This document shows positions 24,400-36,758 of a stretch of 40,993 nt of DNA, in pieces. Numbering within the stretch: position 1 is the stretch's first letter; each line of letters opens with the position of its first letter. The notes beneath the pieces were generated by a model. That model worked only from the letters and a program-made list of their open reading frames with translations, did not search any database and was not told where the DNA came from. Made by a program: the position numbers and the translations under genes. This DNA is from Anthoceros angustus (lineage: Eukaryota > Plantae > Anthocerotophyta), in the NCBI GenBank assembly GCA_010909165.1, contig VJWM01000358.1, positions 1 through 40,993 of the forward strand, in the 5' to 3' direction.

Positions 24400-27300
24400 C
24401 ATTGCTATTATGAGCATGCCGCCATCGCCACCCCAGGCAAGTTCACGCTATGCCTCCGGTGATTGCGGCGGAATCAAAATGCACCTCCTTTGGAGGCCAT
24501 TCCTGCGCCTCTCGCTCCCGATCCGCCGCCGCCCGCCTCCACATTGAAGGACCTTCCTCCCGCGCATAAGGCACCGCAACGACGGATGGTGTGCGCGTGC
24601 GAGTGGGCTCACGATGATGCACCAAAGCGCCTTCCCTCCGCATCCGCAGACCTGCGCAGCATCCCGTCTTCCACGCGGTCAAACTCCTCGGCGTCATGCC
24701 CGGCACCTCACGGCGGCTGAATGCATGGCCCTACTTTGTCTCATCGCGAGCACACCCTCGGAACGCAGCCGACCGCACTTCCACGCCGCACACTTCTGCG
24801 ATTGTCTTCTTCCGTCGCGGCTCTCGCATCCGATGTACAGAAAAACTTTGAGCTGTCCACCCGGATTATGTGACCAACCTTGCTCGTGTACACCACCCTC
24901 GCGATCGCCATGCGTACCGGTGCACGCTCCATGGAAGACCTTCCGCCTCCAAAACCCCACGCTGCACCTCTTTCCATTGCCCATTGTGATTGTCCGGCCG
25001 CGGCCGATTGGAACCTCGCGGGCGCCTCCGCCATTCGACCGCCCGCGCAAATGCCACCGCCAACCCTACGGTTTCCGTATTATTCGCCCGACCTTGTTTC
25101 ATCCATTCTCAATTGGTGACGGAAAGCAATTCACGTCGAGGCGGCCGTCTGTACATGGGTGCATTGCCTCCATTTTCCGTATCCGCCGCCATAAACCAAG
25201 AAGTGAGTGCGGACGAAAGTCTCTTCACATTAGTGCCCTCTTGTGCGGGGCCAAGACAAAACCGAAACCACTTGCGGTCTAATGAACGTCCGACTCGAGG
25301 CCGGCCTTTCAAGCGTTCCCATACACGGAGTTCATGCGGATGGCTTCACCCGCGTGGCCATCACGAGCTTGAGACATAGGCGGGAGCGATAGAGTGCGAG
25401 CACGTCCTCGGTACGCCCAAATGCCGGAGGAACTGACCACCATTGGCACTTCCGAAGTAAACTCATCGGTGATGAAGGTGAGCAGTAGCTCTATCGCCGA
25501 ATGACATCTCTCGATTTCACGTAACATTTCTCAAGCTGCGGCAGCGCCTCGAATCTCACTCACTCGAGCGTCGCCTGCATCCATGCGTGGCGTGAAGAAC
25601 TTGGTGACACTCTCAAACGTGCACTCCCCTAGACACTCCAACATGGCCCTCTTGTCCAGGCTGTGCACCACATGCCGGAACCCCTCTCCCACCCACCCGC
25701 CAACGTGCAGGCACTCGGTGAATAAAAGCGGTCCGCACCTTCTTCCGAATCGCGCCGCCCAGGACATGCGAGGGCTTGTCGGCCACATGCTTGAAAAATC
25801 CGGAGCACATGCGCCATCGGACCAACGGCCGATGAAATCGCACTGCGCTCCTCTTCGCCAGCCCGCGTTTCGATTCTTGGAGGATGGCCATGGTGGGTGG
25901 TTGTCAACATATCCGTCTTAAAAGCCCTCTTCAACGTCCTCTGTGCCCGCATCCTTCCACTCCTTGTGCACCTTTTGGCTCCCTAGTGCGTGCGAGTGTG
26001 GCAAATGTCATGGGACGACTCACCTCAATGCCATTTGGCGGCATGTAGAGCGGTGGTCAAGAACATGGCACGAGGAGGCATCTGCCGTCGTCGGCCGCAC
26101 ATTTTGCATCAATGGTGCCAAATATCTTACCATGTTGCGGGGGTCGGATGCACTCCGTGATGTGGTAATGTAGCACCGACGCGTTGCGTTCGAACACGCC
26201 GTCCACAAATGACGGCGACTCGAAATGCTTCCAGCCTCGGCGATGCCGTCGCGTGGCCGCTGCGTCCTGTTCCAACCTCGTGGACTACATCACCATGTCC
26301 CCACAGTGCGATCGCACTCTAAGCGGTGGGAAAGGTCCCCCCTCGGCCAGCGGAAATTGTCGAGCTTGTTGGCACTCCATGCCCGCCTCAACCTGCAATC
26401 ACCAATGCGAACCCCATCACCATGCAAATAATGGCATGAATGGTCGCTCACGGAGGGTTAGGAGGTCCTCGAATCGCCTCCCTCCGTTCGGACGGCATAC
26501 TGAGCCTTTCGGTCACGCAAACGTGCATCGCGGCATGTGCGCTCCCTCGCGCGGAATGCCATAAGCGCCCGCGTCTGCGCCGTCCGCCTCCGCCGTCCTG
26601 CTACGCTGCAGGCGACCCAAGTGCGGTGGGCTGCGGTGCGGTCGGAGCATCTCTCCTCATCCATCGCGAACCTCAAGTTGGTGCTATTCGCGTTATGCAA
26701 CTCTTCGCCGTCATGGATCGAAGGTCGGTCGTCCGTCCTCGCGAAGGCGGACCAGCCCGGCGGAGGCGCTCTGCGTGCGAAGAACCCACGGATGGTGGCG
26801 GTGTCGAACATTTCCAGCCCGTCCATGCCTTGCACCATCGGATGCGGCGAGCCCTTCGCCGAGTTCGTGCTGCGTCTCCACAAGATGTTGCAGCCTTGCA
26901 AGAGCGGCCGCGCGCCGGTTTCGCGATCGCCATTCGCCTTCTCCGCAAGTGACCCAAAATTTGAAGAAAGAAGCTCCTCGCGATGGCTGCCGGTTCACCC
27001 GCGCCGCAGCGCCTTCCTTCCCACCCGGTGGTGTGCCGGAGCTCTTCCACAACTAAGAAGGTCCGTTGCCATGCGTTGAGCCTCTTCCGCTCCGAGGCGC
27101 TTCCATGACGTGCACGCGCCCCGTCGCGCCGCGGGACTTCTGCGCCTCACGTGCGGACGGGCCCTACCGCAGCGCTGGCGCGCTGCCGTTGGCCTAGGGG
27201 GAGGAAATTGTGCCTCCTCCCACATGTCCCGAGGTCGAGGCGGGTGGGATGCGCAGTGCCTCAAGGTCGGGGATGCCGGACGGTCGGGCGTTGTTGAACT

Positions 27301-29300
27301 CTCCTCGAGCGCGACCACGACCACCACGCCGCCGCCCGCTCTCCATCCCCCAGGTGACATCCACTTCTTCCTCCTCCGGCACCCCAATCGTAAACCTCCG
27401 AAGGCGCCGCCGCTCGCTCCCACCTCCCCTGCAGAGGTGTAAATTACTGCCCGTCCCGGATGTACGCATTTGCTGTCGGCCTCGATTTGTCTTGCGGGAA
27501 TTGGGCGAATGTCGCCGATACCGGACTTGTGTGTCGCGGCGCAACCGGCGGCATCACGGACCACTGGCGGCCAGACGCCGGCGGGCTTGTCGAATAGAGC
27601 CTCGCACCCCTCAACAATGCCACCGTGCGACGGCGTTCGTTGTCGTCGCCCCCGGCATGCGCGCACCCAGCTCCACTGCGTGGTCGGCGCGACACGAAGA
27701 CAACACGCCTTCTCCATCTCCCAAGTCGACCTTGGGAAAGCCTTGTCGCGGTACTTGTACCCGGCGGCTTTGAGCCAACGCCGCCTCCGCCATCCCGGCG
27801 GTGCCCGCGCTCTTTGCTTCTTCCGCGGGCCTATACCGCGACCGTGATTCTGCGTGAATGGGATTGTCCCAACGGCGCGGGCGGCCTCGCTCACTCGCGC
27901 GCGTCCATCCTCCCACCGGTGGCGGGCGCGGATTGCGTAGATGATCCGCCCACCCATTCTCCGCCATATGTGGATGGGCCACAGGGCACGTTGAACCTCC
28001 GGCGGTCAACGATGGCGGCTTGGGCGGAGCGGCCGTCCATGGCGCGATATTGGGCATCGGCGCCGCCGTGAAGGTGCGATGCCGGGCGCAATTGCGCGGC
28101 TCCGCCCGCTGCGCGGCGGCGATGGCGGTGCGGGCAAGGCTCGCATCCGTGAGGGCACGGATCGAGATGACCTTACATGGGGGCATATTCTTGGCGCATT
28201 CGCCGTCTTCCGTGCGTGCCGAGCAAGAATTGTGCCACAATTTCTTCCTTCACTGCGTTGGTTGAGAATGCTCACGCGTTGTCTTAGAAAGCCATGGACT
28301 GTGTGGAAGATCCGCTTGCGCCTTATGTCCCGCCCACCAGTGGCGCCTCGATGTGTGGGACGACAGACGCTGAGCGGATCGATGGCGGCGGATGCAAGCA
28401 TTGCGCGCCCGGCGTTCGTGAGTGGGTCGCGAAAGCTGAAATCATTGTCCATATTCTCCGTGGCCCGCCCGACATCTTTGGGCCGCGGCGTGCATCGAGT
28501 TATGGGATGTGGCCGTCGCCGCGGCGAAGTTTTGGCTCCGATATGCGTGCTTGCATTGCGCTATGTGGGCAAAACTCTCCACGCGTTACCGCGCCCCCAT
28601 CTTGCGCGATGCTGCGGCCAAGCCACTCAACACCCTCATCGTTGCGCATCCCCTCTCCCGCTTTGGTTGCGGTGGACGCGACATGTGGATCGTGGCGTTT
28701 GACTTCGCGGCCGCCATGTGGTCCCGGTGATCATGGTTCCTTCGCGTCACACTTGCGAAGATCTGTACGGTGTCCCAATAACATATTGGGTCCGATGTTC
28801 GGAATAAACTATTGGGTGGAAAGTGCATGATGCGCTATCAACTGCGCCCTCCGAGCATTTGTCGGACCGCACGCAATACGCGTTGGAAAAATTCATTGTG
28901 CCGCTTATTCAAATGCAATTTCATGTCCATTGCGACATCGACCACCGTGGTGGGAGGTCGTTTGGGCGAAAAGGCGACGTTGCTGCGTCATGCCTGCACA
29001 ACCATCCGGACATCCTACCTGTCATGCCTTTTAGGCATCCGCCATATTCTATGCACCATCCGGCTATGCATTAATATCCCTTCGTAGTCCGCCATATTCG
29101 TACCGGCTCATGAAGTCCATCCCTTGCCATAAAATCCGTGACCATGGCCCATATTGGCAACGCGACCATCGCACTTCACATTTTCGATGGCATGGTTGCC
29201 CTTGGCCCTTCCGCGCCTCATGGCTGGAGATTTGTCTGGTCACTCCCACATCCATCGGCACCTGGTCCTCCCGCCTTACCCGGCCCGCTCCACGGACGGT
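24400..29300 (-). CDS. KDZ (Kyakuja-Dileera-Zisupton)-type transposase with an upstream SWIM-like zinc finger; heavily frameshifted
   Basis: Motifs occur in the expected order on the minus strand: SWIM-like ESFAHIAQCKHA (about 28545-28585); CxC-type MWPTSPR...TAF/TECL...SLDKRAMLECL (about 25620-25790); SVYGN and SLDRKWFRF (about 25260-25335; cf. Zisupton C.AC...SVDGNRKLYRF); GACTGTHG (about 24910); KVFLYIGC (about 24826-24850; cf. YD+.C); AMHSAAVRC (about 24705-24730; cf. H...H...C); ADAEGRRF (about 24620-24645; cf. DGE..ER.W). Family motifs were recalled and aligned by eye; gene ends are approximate. Confidence 0.6.
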
Positions 29301-29789
29301 AGTGTAGGCGACCTGCCCGCCATCCGCCGGCCCGCAGAGGCACTGCCGGCTGCGTGAGCCCGCACATGCCCCCACCCGCCGGCCACCCACCACAAACGGC
29401 CCCACGCTCAACCGCCAACCCACCAACCAGCTAACCCGCCCCAACCCGGCCAACCCACCCAACAAACCAAAAGCGAAAATGCCGACCACGAACCAAATGC
29501 CCAAATTTCTCGAGCGCATACAATGCCTTACATTGGTGAAATGCATAGCATGCGAAAAAGGCAATTGCAGTTGAATGTGCAAGCGGGCGAGGTTGAATGT
29601 GCAATGGACAGACGACGCCATAGAACACAATGCACTTGCGATTAAGCAGGATGACGTTGCGGGCTGCCTCGCGCTCCCTCCTCGAATGACAATGACAATA
29701 ATGAAGGAGGTGCATATTCGTTATATGAACACATGAACAATGGTCCCTTATGTCCAAGACCAAGGCAAGCGCAATGCATTTGACCGGTG

Positions 29790-31320
29790 GCCGATCAAGT
29801 TGGTTGCCTAACGCTCCCACTAGATCCCAAAGGTCAAGAGAGAAAGAAGCCAGTGCATGGCGGTATGGATGCCTTTCCATGCGACAAACTTCTACAAATA
29901 ATGAATGGGTAGGAAGCCACATATATAGACATGTTTATCGGTACGTATGTCAAGACCAAGGAAGCAGGTTAATCACGTGCCACCTCTCACTCGGTAGGCA
30001 CTATAGGTCTATTTAAAACCTACTTGTCCTTGGCCTTGAACAAATGATATGTATGCGATAGCGTACTCGCCCTTTTCATTGGGTTATGTTGTTCATGTAT
30101 TCGTATATGTGTTCGCAACCCTATATATTGTGGTACCGTGCCCACATGCATCACGATGCACATGGATTCATTGTGGCATGACACAACATCTACCTAGGCA
30201 TGTTCACATACACAACATGCCAACCATACTTCATGCATACACACCATGTGCATGCCATACATTCAATGCACCTCATCACATGCACCCCTTGACCAAATCA
30301 CATGGCATATGGCAAGTGGTATGACAACATGTTCGCTAAAGTCGAAGACCAAGGAAACACGTCAGCAAGGGTTGGACGAGGCTCCCACCGGAAAATGCGG
30401 ATCCCAAGACATAAGAGAGAAAGAAGACAAGACCTTGTCTGCCATCATGCCAAGTATGGATGCCGTTCCATGCGGACAAACTTACAATCGAATTATGATT
30501 GGGTAGGAAGCCACATATATAGACATGTTTCACGGTAGCGTATGCGAAGCCAAGGAGCAGGTTGAATCACGTGCCACCTCACACCCGAGTCGAAACTTTG
30601 GGTTTATTTATTATCATACTTGTCCTTGGCCTTGAACAAATGATATGTATGCACTTAACAACGTGCTTCGCTTTTCCTTGGGTTATGGTGTTTAGGTTTT
30701 TCTATGTAGATCGATGACCTATATATGTGTCATAGTACCGTGACATACATCGATGCGAGATAGATGGATTGCGCCACATCTAGGTAGACATGTTCACGTG
30801 CATCCGATTGCAACCATGCATCATGCATACATACCATGTGCATGTCATGTGGACCTTTTCCTTGGGTTATGGTGTTTAGGTTTTTCTATGTAGATGCGAT
30901 GACCTATATGTGTCATAGTACCGCCATACGATGCGGATAGATGGATTGCGCTATGACACGGATCTAGGTAGACATGTTCACGTGCATCCGATTGCAACCA
31001 TGCATCATGCATACATACCATGTGCATGCCATGTGGACCTTTTCCTTGGGTTATGGTGTTTAGGTTTTTCTATGTAGATCGATGACCTATATGTGTCATA
31101 GTATGCCATATATACATCACGATGCGAGATAGATGGATTGCGCAGATCTAGGTAGACATGTTCACGTGCATCCGATTGCAACCATGCATCATGCATACAT
31201 ACCATGTGCATGCCATGTGCACCTTTTCCTTGGGTTATGATTTTAGGTTTTTTGTATATAGATTTATCTTGGGGCGGCATATCAAAACCACACCGACGGG
31301 CCGGGAAGATGGATTGGTTG
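29790..31320 (-). repeat. Right arm of the long inverted repeat, including a 184-bp tandem array (about 3.2 copies, 30671-31260)
   Basis: cttttccttgggttatg starts at 30671, 30855, 31039 and 31223 (period 184). cttgtccttggccttgaacaaatgatatgtatgc occurs near 30021 and 30619. Confidence 0.85.
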
Positions 31321-31399
31321 GAAATGAAAATTGGGAGGTTGTGTGGGCCTCAAAGTGAAAGGGTTTGATACGTGTGCAGCTACGCCGCCCACAAGGAGG

Positions 31400-34300
31400 G
31401 TTAGTGAAATGGGGGAAGTGGGTGGCGATACCGGTGTCGTTGGGTTTAGGCGACGTGCCCAGTGATCTTTCGGTGATGCAACCCGTGCGGAGAAGGGACG
31501 ATGGGAAGGGGCGTTGCTGGTGGGCTGGAAGGAAGCAGCGAAGTCGCGTGCCACGTGCAAGGAAGGCGCGGTGGCGGGTGGGTGGAAAAGTGCGCCGGCG
31601 CCCGTGCCGTGGAGGAGGATGAGGAACACAAGATCGGCGATGGCGGCGAGGCGGCCCAGTGGGTTGGTGTGTTCTCGGGCTGGCGCTTGAAGAGTGGAAG
31701 GGCGGCGGTAGTAGTAGCCCATCGTAGATGACCGCGCAAATCACGGTGCCGGATGCGCATGTTTGCGGTCTGGAGCACGGCCTTGTGCGGAGGGCGCGTG
31801 GAAGGGCGGCGGGAGGAATGGGAGATGCAAAGCTCGGCGAGTACATTCTGCGTGGCCTATGGTTCCCATCAACTCTGGGGCTGTCCAGTTCTTGGCATTT
31901 GTGGAGGACCATCAAAGCCGATGTCTGCGCATAGAGGGCTATCCAGAGAAACTTGCCGTCCCTGCACCGGCGAGGGCGGACGGATGGAGTGGCGGTGGAC
32001 AAATTCTGCGAGTGCCTACCGGGTGGAGTGCCACATTTTCATGCACCAAGTGTTCGGTTGGCGCGTCGGGATGGAAGAGTCGGAAAGGAGAGCTGCGGCT
32101 GGTGTGACCTTAGGATTTGGTTTTCCAGTGCACGCGCCAGTGCCACGACCTTGTGAGAGGTGGCCTGAGGTATTATGAATTGGTTGATTTCGTGCGGTAT
32201 GGAGAAATGGAATGGAATGAGAAGGCGGAGGCGTTGTTCCGGGATATCAACCGGCGACGGAGAACCATGTTAGTGCGAGGATCACGAGTGCAGGCGGTGG
32301 GCGAACCAAGTGCCGGCCGTGAAGGCACAAAATTGTAATCTTGGTTGCGGTTGGGAATGGCGTGATGGTGCGGAGCAGATGGTGAGCGGCCAACGGCAAG
32401 TAAGGTTGCGGGCTTCGCGGATGGGCTGCAACACGGTCACGTCGAAGGTGCAAGCCGCTAAGTTGCGGATCGTTGTAAGGTGTGCGATGCGTGCGCGATT
32501 GCACATTCAATGTTTCTGAAAATGCAGTGTGGCGAGAATGCGCCGCACGCATAGCGCACGGGCGGAAGGGTGCGGTGGCGGAACATGCGCGCATATGCGG
32601 CGCTGCGACGGATCGGTTGTGCAAATGGGCGGGCGGCGTAAAGGCGGCGCCGATGGGGATCTCGACGATCCGAGGCCGTGCAAGTATACCTATGATTCCG
32701 TGCACATTCAATGCGCCATGATGGTGCGTTGAAGCGAGGCGATGGAGGAGGAGGTGCGGCGGCGCCGGAAGGAGCCATGGCGGGGAGGAGGAGTGGGGAG
32801 GCCATGGACAACCCGTAGATCGTCCGAGCGGAAGGTGGAGTGGAAGCACTGGCGGCGCGGTGGCGGGATCAACGATGGCGCACCCACCTTGGGAGGCGTT
32901 TCGGCGTCGATCTCGGAGGTGCACCTACAAGTGGAGCAGTGCTCGGCCCGTGTGCGCGATCTGCGCATCCGTGGGTCACCATGAATTCTCAAACCTCGCT
33001 ATTGATTGCGTGGATTGCACACGTTCTCCATTGCCACGGCCATGCTTGGTGCGGCTTTCGAAGGGCGTCTCGCCGCCCAGCGGCGGACGGGCTATGTGGC
33101 CTCCAGTGCGGAAATGTAAGCTTTGCGCGGTCGGCGGCGTCACCTCGAGCCTCACAACTCTTGTGTGTTGCGTGGGTATGATCCATTCGAGTTTTTGCGA
33201 CACGAGGCGTGGGCGATGGGCCGTCGTCGCGACGATCCAGGCGGCGAGGTGGATGGTCGGGCGCCGGGCGGAGGGCAGGATCGGCGAAGTGGAGGAAGGG
33301 GCGGCGCGGCATGATGCGGCGGCGGCGGGCGATGTTGGCCGGCCGGAGGTTGCTGGCGAGTGGTCATCGAGCGGGTTTGTATGGTGACGCCCGAACGCCT
33401 TCCTCGGGCTCAATGCACGGCGATCGGCACATGCGGACGGGCGGAGGAGGCCGTGGAAGCGGCGGTGGCTCGCGGAAGCCGGGCGGCGGTGGAGCCGGTG
33501 TGGGAGTGGGAGAGTCCCGGCAAATCCACTCCACCGACTCCGCATGTCGAGCGTATGGCACGGGGAGGCGAGAAATGTGGCACGATCGGTCCGGGAAATG
33601 GGTACTCATGGTATTGGAGGTTCGGCATTGTCGCAATGCACAAAGATTTCATTTTTGTGGAGTGGGCAGTTGTGGCCTGACCATTGAGAGGTTGGAGGTG
33701 GGCGAAGGTGTGCCTCGGTGGGCGGTCATGCACGCCTTGGGCACGGAATCTTTGGAACAGCAAAGAATCGGCATGGCACGTTGGTGCCGTTGTGGATGCA
33801 ATTCCGAGCGATTGCTGCGTGCACGACCATCGAGATAGGAACGCCGGTGACCATGCTCTGAGAAGTCAATGGAGGCTTGTGGGAGTTTTCGATGTGAGAA
33901 GGGCCTTTTCGCAATCACCGTCTCGAAAGTGGAGGAAGCGGGTTGGATGGCACCCTATGGTCGCAGTGGAGGGAATGATAGCGATGGATGTTACGCAATC
34001 GGAGAAGTGGAGTTGGAAGCTAGTGGTGAGGCGGTTGGGCGGAATGGGACCGGCGTCACATGTGCTGTGGACGGGCCACGGTGGAACATGCGTGAGGCTC
34101 GTTTGCGGTTGGGACATTGAGCATCCTCCCGGGGAGTTGGATCAACACAATTTTGTGGGCGCGGTCATTGCCGTTCGTGCAGGGGCCGGAGCATTTCATA
34201 TGTTATGGACTTGAATCGAGCGAAGGGAGTATTCCACACGGAAGCATGTGACGATTATCGTGGCATGCCACACAATGGGGTCGCAGGATGCCTCGATATG

Positions 34301-34400
34301 GAAGATCCCATGCCTTTTGTTGCGAGGGGCCGTCGTGGAACCCTGCGCATTGAGGTAAGCAGTTGTCATTTGCGGGTTTGCGGGAAGCAAGAGTGAAGCG
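31400..34400 (+). CDS. PHD-finger plus SET-domain protein (putative histone lysine methyltransferase) carried by the transposon; frameshifted; N-terminal part unidentified
   Basis: PHD at about 32950-33130: VCAIC....HHEFSNLAIDCVDCTR, His in the neighbouring frame (HCHGHA), then PPSGG..MW....CKLC. SET at about 33870-34220: EKGLFAITVSKVEEAGWMAPYG, CYAIGE...VDGPRWN, IEHP, VIAVRAG, then in a shifted frame EHFICYG (cf. GEEL..xY). A Cys-rich WCRCGCN lies just upstream. Gene boundaries, and whether it is fused to the transposase, are unknown. Confidence 0.62.
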
Positions 34401-35099
34401 AGGAGCCATTGTCGATGGCCCGCGGCATGCGAGGGGCGCAAGTGTGTTTGCGGCGAAGCCCATTCTAGATTGTTCACATCGTGTGTTTGCGTCTGCGGTT
34501 TGGAAGTGTTCGGTGCACTTTGCACTTCAAACAATGAATGAATCACGAGCGAAAAACGTGATAGCTACGGGCGCTTTCGAGGAACTTGCTGCGATCTACC
34601 TCCGGATCTGCGCGTGTGGAAACCCCTCCCAGCGCTTCGCGGACCGTCCGTGGAACAAAAATCGGAGTGGGCATACGCTAACGGTGATCGAGCCGTCCGC
34701 ACGAAACCCTTGGCTGCGGACATGCCATTACTCGGGCGGAAAGTGTTAGGAGGATCGAAATCGGCGGTACTGAGAGGTGCATTTGGGGTTTGAAGCGAGG
34801 AAGGCGCATGGGCAGGAAAAAGCGCCATGCAGTAGGCGCGGTGGGTGTTGAGGCCACCAAGTCTCCACCTTGGCCATCACGTGGGGCAAAAGCAGTGAAG
34901 GGTGCCCATGGGCCTTGGCGCGCGGCCTTCCGAGCCAGCGGACGAAGGAGGAAGATGGTGGGCGCCCGGCCGCATCGAGAGGTCATGAGCCCATCATCAT
35001 GCAGACGGTGAAAACTTGAGGCAATTCTCGTGCGAGGAGCCGTGGGGATGAGGGCTGGAAGGTGGAGATGAAGGGATGCATAGGAGGCCGGCGGGGTGC

Positions 35100-36470
35100 G
35101 CGCCACCATAAGCGTATGATTTGGTGCGGCACTTGCAGCGGGGAGACCATTGAAAGGCCTACCGGCTGAGGCTTGAGCACCTGGCGAGGCTCCTGCGCCG
35201 GCACCACGGCATGCAGCGGGTGTATGGGAGGTTGTCCGTGGAGGAGGTGTGCCTGCATTGCCACGCATCACCCGGCCGGTGAAACGGAATCGATTCGTGC
35301 AGGCGGGCAAGCGGATGGAATCGAAATCCCAAGGAGGCGGTCACGGGCGCTGCGTTTGATGCGGCCGGAGCACGCACGGCGGTCGGCGATCGCATCGCGC
35401 GTCGACACCAATCGACACCCATGTACATGTGGCATATGGATTGTAAGTGCGTGAGTGGCATGCGATGTTCGAGTTCGCGTTGCGAGAAGTGATTGCGGGG
35501 TTGTGGCAATCAGCGGCAGGTATGGTTGCCTTGTCGCGCGACTTATGACAAGATGTACCAATTCTACTTGAGTGCAGGGGCCATAGATGGGGCAACCCAT
35601 TCGTCCCCAGTTGGTCTTGGAGGATAACAAGCGAGGCGGCGATTTTCAACGCCTATGTGGAAGCGGTGAGGAAGTTTGGGCATCCGCGGATTCGGTCGGA
35701 CTACTGAGCGATAAGCGAGATATGAACGAGGCGAGGCCAAGGGCACATGGAAGCAACTTCATCCGGCCCCTCTGCACAACGTAAAAGTTAGGAGGTTGGT
35801 CTGCGTTTTCCTTATGCTGCGTGAAGTGAAGTCGATGGCGGGATTGTTGCGAGGATTGAGCATTTCGGCGGTCCTTGGGAGAGAAGTGGGCATTCCTCTA
35901 CAAGGGTACATGATGGATATGGTGAGGAGCGTGACTGGACATCACCAACCCACAGCACATCCATTCCACCGCGTGACCTTCATGCCACGATGAGGCGGAG
36001 CTCGGCGTTGGAGGCGGTATGGAATAGGCACGGTGCGGAAGATCGGGCAGCCGGAGACATTCCGGCCATGTGCACGCTATCGCATTCAAGAAGAAGGTCG
36101 ACTACAAGGGTGGGTGCGACCACCCGCATATGGGGTGAGGAGGAGGCGATGGCGAGGAGTTCGATGTGGGTGGCCCTCGGTATGCACAAAGCGTGGCCCC
36201 AGATGCCACCACTCGTGACGCATTCTTTGCCGGGGTGAGCAAATGCTGTCCATTCCATTTTTATGCATGAGTTCTGACATTGTGGAGGGAGGGCGCATCG
36301 CGCCATTGTGCGAGCAGAGGCGGCTCGTATGGGCCCGCTGGGTTGTCGAGAGCTGCAGATGGCGAGGACAATGCATATGCAAAGGGATTGCGGGACATGG
36401 ACTTCCTCCGGACATGTATCGGTGCACATGGCACTAACAACACTCTGCAGTGCGGGAGCCACGAGGACGC
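35100..36470 (+). CDS. IS3-like / integrase-core DDE transposase (IS3EU type)
   Basis: Stitched motifs: LRRHHGMQRVYGRLSVEEV; HPAGETESIRAG.QADGIEIPRRR.RALR; RIARRH..PMYMWHMD (first Asp, about 35438); YDKM...GAIDGATH (35544-35600); AIFNAYVEAVRKFGHPRIRSDY (second Asp, about 35700); MNEARPRAHGSNFI..LHNVKV(R/E)RL (expected Glu near 35788); FMPR; ALEAVWNRH; DGEDNAY. This matches the eukaryotic IS3-related pattern WHxD..KL...G.IDG.SR...F..A+..+G.P.R+RxD...HN.+IERLW...F.PR....WN.H. Confidence 0.82.
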
Positions 36471-36758
36471 ATTGCCCGAATACCTCCACCGGTGGGCGGA
36501 GGAAGCCACCCGTGGGCGTGGGCGGCCATCACCTGCTGCGGTCTATGGTGCACGAGGTGTGAGGCGTGTGGCCCCTTTGCCCTTCCGGGAGTGAGCTAGG
36601 GGTGGAGAAAAGTGTTTTGTCGCTCACCATGACACAGGGCGGTGACATTGTGCGCTCACCATCACAGAGGCGGTGACAATTTGGATTTGTTTGTTCGCGT
36701 TTTGAGAGTTGAGCCCGTGGTGGCTTTGTTGTGGTGGAATGTAAAGGCGTTGTGTGAA

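Noticed and set aside
20555-27957. Long Pro/Arg/Ala-rich ORFs in the track (20562-21374, 21358-22149, 24614-25282, 26537-27079, 26995-27957)
   Set aside because: They arise from tandem repeats, or are antisense or out-of-frame shadows of GC-rich coding DNA. They have no domain motifs of their own.
24092-29737. CACATGAA direct repeat (24092-24099 and 29730-29737) as an 8-bp Zisupton TSD
   Set aside because: There are no inverted termini inside the repeats, and an 8-mer match in CATG-rich DNA is likely by chance.
30671-31260. CRISPR-like array
   Set aside because: The units are full 184-bp tandem copies without unique spacers, there are no cas genes, and the context is eukaryotic.
32095-32200. 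Possible C5 DNA methyltransferase motif IV (DL...GFP(C)..(C)HDL...YYELV)
   Set aside because: It requires assumed indels, and motifs I (FxGxGG) and VI (ENV) are not convincingly present at the right spacing. Worth rechecking only on a corrected consensus.
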